A DNA stretch of 16,703 nucleotides, taken from Thermoproteota archaeon (GTDB taxonomy: Archaea; Thermoproteota; EX4484-205; JAAOZP01). The stretch lies in contig JBNAVT010000029.1 in the NCBI GenBank assembly GCA_049700215.1, forward strand, positions 1 through 16,703, read 5' to 3'. A model generated the notes under the pieces. It searched no databases, was not told the origin of the DNA, and was given only the letters and a program-made list of their open reading frames with translations. A program made the position numbers and the translations under genes. Position 1 is the stretch's first letter. Every line of letters begins with the position of its first letter. Positions 8,924 through 15,802 of this stretch are shown piece by piece.

Positions 8924-9604
8924 CCATCTTACTCCAACTACCTCTGAAAACTATGAGCCCATGCATTATCCGCGGACAGGATGGGAAAACATCGTTAACG
9001 TCTATGCCCAATATCCCGCAGCACTTGGCAACGTTTGCCGCGACTGGAAACATTATGTCCCCGTTATCCAGTACTTCAATATTGCATCCCGCATAGGCTT
9101 CGTTAAAATTAACATAGTCTTCACGCGCCCAATCGTCTTCGCTGAAATCCTCTCCCTCCTCGTATTTCACCTGCTGCCATTTCCAATCCCTCAGATCCTT
9201 CGAAACCCAGATGAAAGAGTGGTCGGTGAAAGTCTTCTCACCCTTCCCCCAAAACCTCCTGTAGCTTTCACGATGATCCTCCAGGACAGCCTCTGCATAT
9301 TCAGGGCAACATAGTGGTCGTGAACAGGATTATAGACTCCTGTTTCAGGCCTCGACCAGAGCAGCTCCATGCCGCCGCGAACCCTGTAGGCATCACGGTA
9401 TATGTCCACCCAACCAGTCCAGGTTCCACCATTATCCTCCGAATAGCGAACATACATCTCGTTTTCATAATCCGATTCGCTTGTAACGCTTCGGATCTCC
9501 ATCCTCTTCAGACCCTTGCCGACGTAGCTCTGCGTCCGGCTTACGCATTTTGAGGGGCCGGGTGACTTTTCAACGATCTCTCTGGTAATTTTGACTCGCG
9601 CCAT
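8924..9604 (-). pseudogene. Frameshifted, 3'-truncated sialidase-like/BNR-repeat (Asp-box) protein
   Basis: ATG at 9604; Asp-box 'RYSEDNGGTW'. Adding one base near 9286 joins ORFs 9191..9625 and 8826..9170 (MQRL-x-LEDHRESYRRFWGKGEKTFTDHSFIWVSKDLRDWKWQQVKYEEG). About 227 codons, too short for a beta-propeller; ends at the motif. Confidence 0.65.
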
Positions 9605-9618
9605 CTTAGCCAGTATGG

Positions 9619-10152
9619 TTAACACCCGGTTCGAGTTAAACGTAGCGCGCGCTTTTCGAATGGTTTAATCACTGTTTCCCTTCCCGGGTTTTCCTCAGCT
9701 TTAACCGCTTCTCCCTGCGGAATGGGAATTGCCTCCGTGCCCAGGTAGGAGTTCAAATCCTCGGATGTCAGCAGGAGGAACAATATGCCCGTGCTCAGTA
9801 TCCCTGTGAGCAACCCCATTAAATGGGGTGCTGCCCCAATAGCAGCGGTTTCAGTATCGATCTTTTCAGACAAGACGTCTGTAAGAAGCGGGATAAAACC
9901 GTAGAGAGAGAAGAATATCCCTAGGACGGCGAAAACGGTGAAAACCAGCAGGGAAACCATGAACGTGACCACTCCCCGTAGCTTGTAAAACATTATTATA
10001 AGCGTAATGAAGAGGGGAAGGAACAGCAGGTCCCACACTATCCACTGTTTCAAGAAAAACCATTTTAGAAGCCAGTAGACAAGCCAGGAAACCATTATCA
10101 TCAAAACGAGTATGACTACCCGCCGGAGTTCCTTGGGTTTCTGCTGGGACAA
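9619..10152 (-). CDS. Hypothetical membrane protein (about 4 TM), C-terminus probably truncated at the motif
   Basis: Four hydrophobic segments and a charged tail; the frame crosses the motif at 9643-9653 and stops shortly after. TATA-like TTTTAAA near 10174-10180. Confidence 0.65.
   Translation of the reverse strand: MSQQKPKELRRVVILVLMIMVSWLVYWLLKWFFLKQWIVWDLLFLPLFITLIIMFYKLRGVVTFMVSLLVFTVFAVLGIFFSLYGFIPLLTDVLSEKIDTETAAIGAAPHLMGLLTGILSTGILFLLLTSEDLNSYLGTEAIPIPQGEAVKAEENPGRETVIKPFEKRALRLTRTGC
9643..9653. repeat. TA(GC)nT motif, (GC)4 copy
   Basis: (ACG)TAGCGCGCGCT read directly. Confidence 0.9.
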
Positions 10153-10311
10153 CCCCCTTGTAATGAGACTAGTGTTTAAAATAAAAAGCTTTCTTTAATT
10201 GAAGAAAACATCCGGAAGGAGACGTAACCTTGTTAGAATGCTCTCCACAGGCTTGGACGCGTCGCTGGGAAAAGAAAAATTTATTATTTAATCAAAACGC
10301 GGAGGAAGGTG

Positions 10312-11445
10312 ATGAAAGAAAGAGCGCTGGAAGCTTTAAACCTGAGGCGCGTGAAAGGCCTTCTTCTCTCCGGAGCCCCGACGTGCGATGAAACGCTTGT
10401 AGAGAGGCTGACAGGGGTTAAAGTGTACCGGGGGAGCCAGAGGGAGAAGATGAAAGCGGTTTTCGAAGCTCTCGACGTAGACTTGTTCTACCAGCTTGGA
10501 GTTAATTTAAACGTCGTGTGGAGCGATAGTAAGCCTAGGCTCATCGAAGGGTTTTTCGAAGAATTGAAAGAGGACTTCCCGTTTACGGATGCTTTCCACG
10601 TAGCCTATAAAAACCTCAGGCTGAGGAGAACAGAAACAGCCTCCCAGCTTTGGGTTGTAGAGAGGCCTTTTAAAAACTATGAGGAGCTGGTAAGCTACTT
10701 GAAGAAGCATGATCCTCGCGAGGATGAGCCTAGGTCCGTGAGTGAAATAACCAGCGAGTACAGGAGGGTATTCCAGGAATATGAGGAGCTGCTGGGTGAA
10801 ACCACGTTATATGCCGGAGAATTCTACTTAACGCTCTTCACGTATCTAGATATTCACATTGGTCTGCAAATGATAGCTAGACTAAGTCGTCAAAACCCGG
10901 AAATCCTGGATGAGCTCGTCTCCAACTATGCTCAGGTGGCTAGAAAGCATGTTGAAGCCTGGTCTAACACCGGGATAAAAGTTTTCGTTTCGCACGACGA
11001 CGTCGCCTGGAGGGGCGGCTTGTTCTTCCCAGCGGAATGGTATAGGAAGCACGTTCTACGATGGTGGAAACATATTTGGAAGCCTGTTAAAGACAAGGGT
11101 ATAAAACTGATATATGTTTCAGACGGAGACTACAGGGGTCTGATGGAGGACCTAGTTGAATTAGGGGTTGACGGCTTCCACGTGGAATGGGACCCCAGGT
11201 TTTCGAGAAGAGACGTTGAAAACCTGGTGGAGAAATACGGTAGTGAAAAGACGTTTCTCCTCCACCCGAGTTACGAGGTTTTGACCCGTGGAAGCGTTTC
11301 TGAAGTGGAGGAGGAGGCTAGATGGTTCACCGCCCTATCGAGGAAATACCCCTCAATATTCTTTGCAGGAACCCCGCCCGGCAACCCCGTAAACGAGGAA
11401 GTCTTCCTCAGAACATGGTTTTCCGAAAGACACGGTGAAAACTAG
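10312..11445 (+). CDS. Uroporphyrinogen decarboxylase (URO-D)/MtaA-CmuA superfamily protein
   Basis: 'HDDVAWRGGLFFPAEWYRKHVLRWWKHIW..GIKLIYVSDGDYRGLMEDLVELGVDGFHVE', 'LTRGSVSEVEEE'. GGAGG RBS at 10301-10305; alternative GTG start at 10309. Confidence 0.8.
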   Translation: MKERALEALNLRRVKGLLLSGAPTCDETLVERLTGVKVYRGSQREKMKAVFEALDVDLFYQLGVNLNVVWSDSKPRLIEGFFEELKEDFPFTDAFHVAYKNLRLRRTETASQLWVVERPFKNYEELVSYLKKHDPREDEPRSVSEITSEYRRVFQEYEELLGETTLYAGEFYLTLFTYLDIHIGLQMIARLSRQNPEILDELVSNYAQVARKHVEAWSNTGIKVFVSHDDVAWRGGLFFPAEWYRKHVLRWWKHIWKPVKDKGIKLIYVSDGDYRGLMEDLVELGVDGFHVEWDPRFSRRDVENLVEKYGSEKTFLLHPSYEVLTRGSVSEVEEEARWFTALSRKYPSIFFAGTPPGNPVNEEVFLRTWFSERHGEN

Positions 11446-11471
11446 GCTCCTGCAATCCCGGGTAACCAGCA

Positions 11472-11723
11472 TTAAAAAAGCGGGTCGCCTGAGCAGTGTT
11501 GTTTTTTAATTATTCGAGTGGTGAGAAACAGTCCGAGAGCAAACAGGAGTAGCGACAAGGTTCCTAACGCCCCGCACTGCACCCCTTTCCAGAAAACGTC
11601 TGAGTGAGTTGGGTACTCGCCTGTAAACAGTTGCCAAAAAAATAATGGCGGAGGAGAGGAAAAGCAGAAACGAGAAAACAGCGTAAAGCAACGCTTCAAC
11701 GTTTTCCGAAAACCCGCAGGCAT
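11472..11723 (-). CDS. Small hypothetical membrane protein, possibly frameshifted
   Basis: TTTATAA about 35 nt upstream of the ATG and a GGTGG RBS. One TM in this frame (GALGTLSLLLFALGLFL); a second clear TM lies in the overlapping frame (LLYAVFSFLLFLSSAIIFLATVY). Confidence 0.4.
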   Translation of the reverse strand: MPAGFRKTLKRCFTLFSRFCFSSPPPLFFWQLFTGEYPTHSDVFWKGVQCGALGTLSLLLFALGLFLTTRIIKKQHCSGDPLF

Positions 11724-11809
11724 GCTCTACCCACCGTCTTCTCTTCTAAAAGGCCGCTTATAAACCCGATGTTAATGTTGACGCTGGAAACCCGCCTCCC
11801 GCCGGAATT

Positions 11810-11820
11810 AAACTTTTAAG
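11810..11820 (+). promoter_or_regulatory. Putative TATA box of the cupin-dehydrogenase operon
   Basis: AAACTTTTAAG about 31-40 nt upstream of the ATG at 11851. Confidence 0.45.
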
Positions 11821-11850
11821 CCCGGGTTCAGTTTACAACATGGATGAGAA

Positions 11851-12192
11851 ATGTGGAAGATTATAGATTCTGAAACGATCCCTTTCACGCCTTATCCCAA
11901 GGGGGTTTCAAGCATAAAGAGGATTGTCGAGAAGGAGAAGATTGGAGCCGAGCGTATAAGCGGGTTCGGCCTAATCCAAGTTCCCCCGGGGGGAGTCTTC
12001 GGCCCCCACGAGCACCCTGAAAGAGAAGAGATATACTATGTTCTCTCCAACACCGGGACACTCATAGTTGGGAGCGAGGAGATCCCTGCCAGGGAAGGTT
12101 TAACCCTCTATGTTTCAGGTGAGGAGCCTCATGGAATTAGGAACCAGGGTGACAAACCGCTCCTCGTAGTCTTCGTAACCGTCTACAAGTAG
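11851..12192 (+). CDS. Cupin domain protein (cupin_2)
   Basis: Motif 1 'PPGGVFGPHEHPEREEIYYVLSNTG' and motif 2 'GLTLYVSGEEPHGIRNQG' retain the His/His/Glu/His metal ligands. Confidence 0.9.
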   Translation: MWKIIDSETIPFTPYPKGVSSIKRIVEKEKIGAERISGFGLIQVPPGGVFGPHEHPEREEIYYVLSNTGTLIVGSEEIPAREGLTLYVSGEEPHGIRNQGDKPLLVVFVTVYK

Positions 12193-12220
12193 TTGGGCCT
12201 CGGGGTGAAGGTGTAGCAGG

Positions 12221-13246
12221 ATGAAGGCAGTGGTATACCATGATTTCAACGATTTCCGGTGGGAGGAGGTGGAAACCCCTAGCATCGGCCCCGATGAGAT
12301 TCTAGTTAGGGTAAGGGCATGCGGCCTCTGTTCAACCGACGTGTGGAAAGCAATGTATCACGAGGCTAAGCCCGGCACGGTGCTGGGCCACGAGGTCTCT
12401 GGAGAGGTGGCGGAAACCGGTTCAAACGTTTCAGCAGTAAAGGTTGGCGACAGGGTGGCGGTGTACCACCGTGCTGAATGCGGAGCATGCTACTACTGTA
12501 GGCGTGGCGATGAAACACTCTGCAGCGAGTACCGTCAGCAATCGATTTTCCCAGGCGCGTTCGCAGAGTATATTCGCGTCACATCGAGGCTTGTCCGAAA
12601 ATCCGTTTTCAGAATCCCTGACGAGATGACGCATGAAGAGGCAGCGATGATAGAGCCGACAGCCTGCTGCGTAAGGGCGGTTTCAAAGTGTGGAATATCT
12701 CCGGGAGACAGTGTTCTGGTAATCGGCGACGGCCCCATGGGGCTGCTGAACGCTCAAGTCTCAAAGTCAGCCGGGGCCCTCGTGATGCTCAGCGGCCACC
12801 ATGACAGCCGCGTCGAAGCATCTTTAAGACTCGGAGCAGACTACGCGTTCAACTCGAACAAGACTAGCATTAGGGAGAAGGTTTTGGAGTTGACAGGGGG
12901 GCGTGGAGCCGATTTCATCATAGTGGCAGTCTCTTCCACGGATGCTGTTCAGCAATCCGTGAAGCTTGTTCGAGAAGGCGGCAAGATATGCGTCTTCGGC
13001 GACTTTAGAGACGTTCCCCAGCCTAGTCTCAGCCTAGACCTTAAGCCAGTGGTCCACGGCAGCATCAGCCTTTTAGGCAGCTGGGGCTGCTCAACAAAAG
13101 ACTATCATGCTGCCCTCAACCTGGTGAAAACCGGGAGGGTGAGGGTTAGGGAGATAATAACCCACAGGTTTCCGCTGGAAAGATTCCCAGAGGCCCTCAA
13201 CGTGTTCCTAGGCAAGAACTGTTTAAAGATCATTCTCCACCCTTAA
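12221..13246 (+). CDS. Zn-dependent medium-chain dehydrogenase (sorbitol/L-iditol 2-dehydrogenase-like)
   Basis: 'CGLCSTD', 'LGHEVSG', structural Zn 'CGACYYCRRGDETLC', Rossmann 'VLVIGDGPMG'. GGTG-type RBS. Confidence 0.92.
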   Translation: MKAVVYHDFNDFRWEEVETPSIGPDEILVRVRACGLCSTDVWKAMYHEAKPGTVLGHEVSGEVAETGSNVSAVKVGDRVAVYHRAECGACYYCRRGDETLCSEYRQQSIFPGAFAEYIRVTSRLVRKSVFRIPDEMTHEEAAMIEPTACCVRAVSKCGISPGDSVLVIGDGPMGLLNAQVSKSAGALVMLSGHHDSRVEASLRLGADYAFNSNKTSIREKVLELTGGRGADFIIVAVSSTDAVQQSVKLVREGGKICVFGDFRDVPQPSLSLDLKPVVHGSISLLGSWGCSTKDYHAALNLVKTGRVRVREIITHRFPLERFPEALNVFLGKNCLKIILHP

Positions 13247-13328
13247 CCAGTGTTAACCGCATGTGAGGAGGGTTTCTAGAGGAACCGCAGTATTTAACGC
13301 AAGATGTGAAACGTTTAAGAGGAGGTAA

Positions 13329-13400
13329 ATGGAGACACGTATTTTCCCCATAGAGAGCTCTATGCTCCCGGGCACTTCGGAAACTGGTAGCGCGCGCTAA
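13329..13400 (+). pseudogene. Gene start remnant (23 codons) with intact expression signals, ended by the motif
   Basis: TATTTAA at 13291-13297, GAGGAGGT at 13319-13326, ATG at 13329; METRIFPIESSMLPGTSETGSAR*. Family not recognised. Confidence 0.4.
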
Positions 13401-13625
13401 CATGCTTGCCGACGAAAGGACCAGGCTGCTGAGTTTAAGCTTGACCTGCTAGCCACTCCGAACCATATTTACGTAGCGCGCGCTCAGGTTCCTAGGGAGA
13501 TTATGGCTAGGGATCTCTCGGACAAACAGGCTGAGCGCCGCAAGATGCGTGCGCTAGTGTTAATAAATACTGGGCGTGAACTATGCGAGACACGGGTTGC
13601 ATCGAGCCACGTTAGCGTGCGCTAA
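13388..13625. repeat. Cluster of four TA(GC)nT motif copies separated by unique sequence
   Basis: TAGCGCGCGCTAA 13388-13400; TAGCGCGCGCT 13474-13484; TGCGTGCGCTA 13546-13556; TTAGCGTGCGCTAA 13612-13625. Confidence 0.8.
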
Positions 13626-13643
13626 AAAATGCGGGAGCCAGAT

Positions 13644-13654
13644 AGTTTTAAAAA
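13644..13654 (+). promoter_or_regulatory. Putative TATA box of the beta-helix gene
   Basis: TTTTAAAA at 13646-13653, about 28-35 nt upstream of the ATG at 13681. Confidence 0.45.
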
Positions 13655-13680
13655 CGGCTTAACACTTCTCAGCTTAAAAA

Positions 13681-15681
13681 ATGGAGAGTAGTGTAGATAC
13701 CGTGCTTCTCTATGTTGCGCCTAACGGTAGTGATTCTTGGTCGGGAAGAATGCCTGCGCCAAACCAGTTTAAGACGGATGGACCCTTCGCCACGCTTCAT
13801 CGTGCTGTTGAATCCATCCGTGAGTTGAAGCATCAGCAGGGTGGAACCCTTAGGCAGCCCGTTACAATTCTAATCCGCGGCGGCACATACTTCTTAACCA
13901 AGCCGCTGGTCCTCACCCCTGAAGACTCTGGAACATTCAGCTACCCAGTCTCCCTAGCGGCATACCCGGGTGAGAAGACGGTTGTAAGCGGTGGAAGAAG
14001 GGTGACTGGCTGGGAGGAGAAAATCGTAGACGGAAGGAAACTGTGGGTGGCGGAGGTACCGGAGACAGCTGAAGGCAAATGGTTCTTCCGACACCTCTGG
14101 GTAAACGGGCATGATTGCATACGTGCCCGCAGCCCTAACAAAGGCTACTTTAGGGTTGCAGGCGTTCCGGATGCAGCTTCAGGAGCCAAATGGGATGAAG
14201 GACAGTCTTGCTTCCGGTTCCACGAAGGGGATTTGAAGGCTTGGAATACTGTCAGAGACGGGGAGATCGTGGTTATGAACCGCTGGGTTGAATCACGCCT
14301 GCCCATAGCTAGTGTAGACGAGAAGGAACGCGTCTTGTACTCAACCAGGAGAAGCGTCTTCCGCCTTGACCCGGGTGATCCCTACTACGTGGAGCACGTT
14401 TATGAGCTTCTGGATTCTCCGGGAGAATGGTTTCTAGACCGTGGGGCTTCAACGCTCTACTATATGCCGTTGCCCGGTGAGGAGCCTAGTAAGGCTGAGG
14501 CCATAGCACCCGTGCTCAATGAACTCATCCGGCTCGAGGGTGAGCCCGAGTCAGGCAGATTCGTGGAACACCTCTTTATCAATGGCTTAACATTCGCCCA
14601 CACGGAATGGTGTTTCCCAGAGGACTCGGCTTCGCAGTCTAAGCCGGATGCAGGAGGGTTCCCACAGGCTGCGGTAGGCGTGCCAGGCTGTGTGCACGGG
14701 CAGGGTGTCCGAAACTGTCTCTTCGAAGACTGCACCTTTACCCAGATTGGCAACTATGCTTTAGAGCTGGCACGCGGCTGTCAACACAACCGTGTCACGG
14801 GCTGTAGGTTCTTTAACTTGGGCGCTGGCGGTGTTAAAATAGGGGAAACCATGATCCGCGAGTCTGAGAACGAGCAGACCTACGGTAACGAAGTATCTCG
14901 ATGCGATATCTACAGGGGAGGACGCTTCTTCCACAGCGCTGTCGCGATTTACATTGGGCAGAGCTATAACAACCGTGTCGTCAACAACCATATTCACGAT
15001 TTCTACTACACGGGTATTTCAATCGGCTGGACATGGGGCTACGGGAGATCACTGGCAAAGGGAAACATTGTGGAGTCGAACCATATTCACCATATTGGCG
15101 TCCTGTCTGATGGAGAAGGACCCATTTTAAGCGACATGGGTGGGGTCTACACGCTTGGGGTTCAACCTGGGACAGCCATCCGGTTCAACTTGATTCACGA
15201 TGTCGCCGGCCTTCGCTACGGGGGCTGGGGTATTTATTTCGACGAGGGAAGCACGAGCATTACAGCCGAGGGAAACACGGTTTACAGGACTTCTCACGGA
15301 GGCTTCCACCAGCACTATGGAAAGGAAAACATTGTCCGTAACAACATCTTCGCTTTCGGACGGGAAGCACAGATTCAACGCTCACGGCCAGAGCATCATG
15401 TGAGCTTTATCTTTGAGCGTAACATTATTTACTGGCGGGAAGGCGTCTTGCTCACTGGAAGCATAGATGATTTCAACTTTATCTTCAACCACAACCTTTA
15501 CTGGAGAAAAGACGGTGGCGAAATATGTTTCGGAACACTATCATGGGAGGAATGGCGGAGGCACGGGATGGATATAAACTCTTTAATTGCAGACCCGTTG
15601 TTCATCGCGCCCGATAAGGATGATTTCCGCCTGAAGCCGGACTCGCCAGCGTTCAAACTAGGCTTCATCCCACACGTCTAA
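13681..15681 (+). CDS. Right-handed parallel beta-helix protein, GH141-like glycoside hydrolase
   Basis: 'LYVAPNGSDSWSG..DGPFATLHRA', 'IRGGTYFL', 'AAYPGEKTVVSGG', 'LLDSPGEWFLD', 'YTGISIGWTWG', 'LSDMGGVYTLG', 'GWGIYFDEGS', 'ADPLF..DFRLKPDSPA'. No signal peptide. Confidence 0.85.
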   Translation: MESSVDTVLLYVAPNGSDSWSGRMPAPNQFKTDGPFATLHRAVESIRELKHQQGGTLRQPVTILIRGGTYFLTKPLVLTPEDSGTFSYPVSLAAYPGEKTVVSGGRRVTGWEEKIVDGRKLWVAEVPETAEGKWFFRHLWVNGHDCIRARSPNKGYFRVAGVPDAASGAKWDEGQSCFRFHEGDLKAWNTVRDGEIVVMNRWVESRLPIASVDEKERVLYSTRRSVFRLDPGDPYYVEHVYELLDSPGEWFLDRGASTLYYMPLPGEEPSKAEAIAPVLNELIRLEGEPESGRFVEHLFINGLTFAHTEWCFPEDSASQSKPDAGGFPQAAVGVPGCVHGQGVRNCLFEDCTFTQIGNYALELARGCQHNRVTGCRFFNLGAGGVKIGETMIRESENEQTYGNEVSRCDIYRGGRFFHSAVAIYIGQSYNNRVVNNHIHDFYYTGISIGWTWGYGRSLAKGNIVESNHIHHIGVLSDGEGPILSDMGGVYTLGVQPGTAIRFNLIHDVAGLRYGGWGIYFDEGSTSITAEGNTVYRTSHGGFHQHYGKENIVRNNIFAFGREAQIQRSRPEHHVSFIFERNIIYWREGVLLTGSIDDFNFIFNHNLYWRKDGGEICFGTLSWEEWRRHGMDINSLIADPLFIAPDKDDFRLKPDSPAFKLGFIPHV

Positions 15682-15802
15682 GCAAGAACTTCATCCTGAA
15701 ACCCTTGCTGGAAGAAACTGAGATTTACGTTGGCTTGAAAAGGATTTATCCCGCCCCACTGCTACCCGAAGCGCTTATTAGCGTTCACAGTCTAAGTCTA
15801 TC

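Noticed and set aside
13388-13625. CRISPR array
   Set aside because: Repeats are only 11-14 bp, spacing is irregular (66-86 nt), and there are no cas genes in the window.
53-13625. Integron attC cassettes, or IS/MITE ends
   Set aside because: No GTTRRRY/RYYYAAC boxes with long imperfect hairpins, no integrase or transposase, and no terminal inverted repeats or target duplications seen; the motifs cut genes rather than flanking whole ones.
13503-13625. 40-codon ORF MARDLSDKQAERRKMRALVL..
   Set aside because: It crosses motif copies and has no recognisable family; the MRALVL resemblance to a dehydrogenase start comes from the motif sequence itself.
15769-15786. AAGCGCTTATTAGCGTTC as another motif copy
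   Set aside because: Too short and divergent to separate from chance, and no truncated gene is adjacent.
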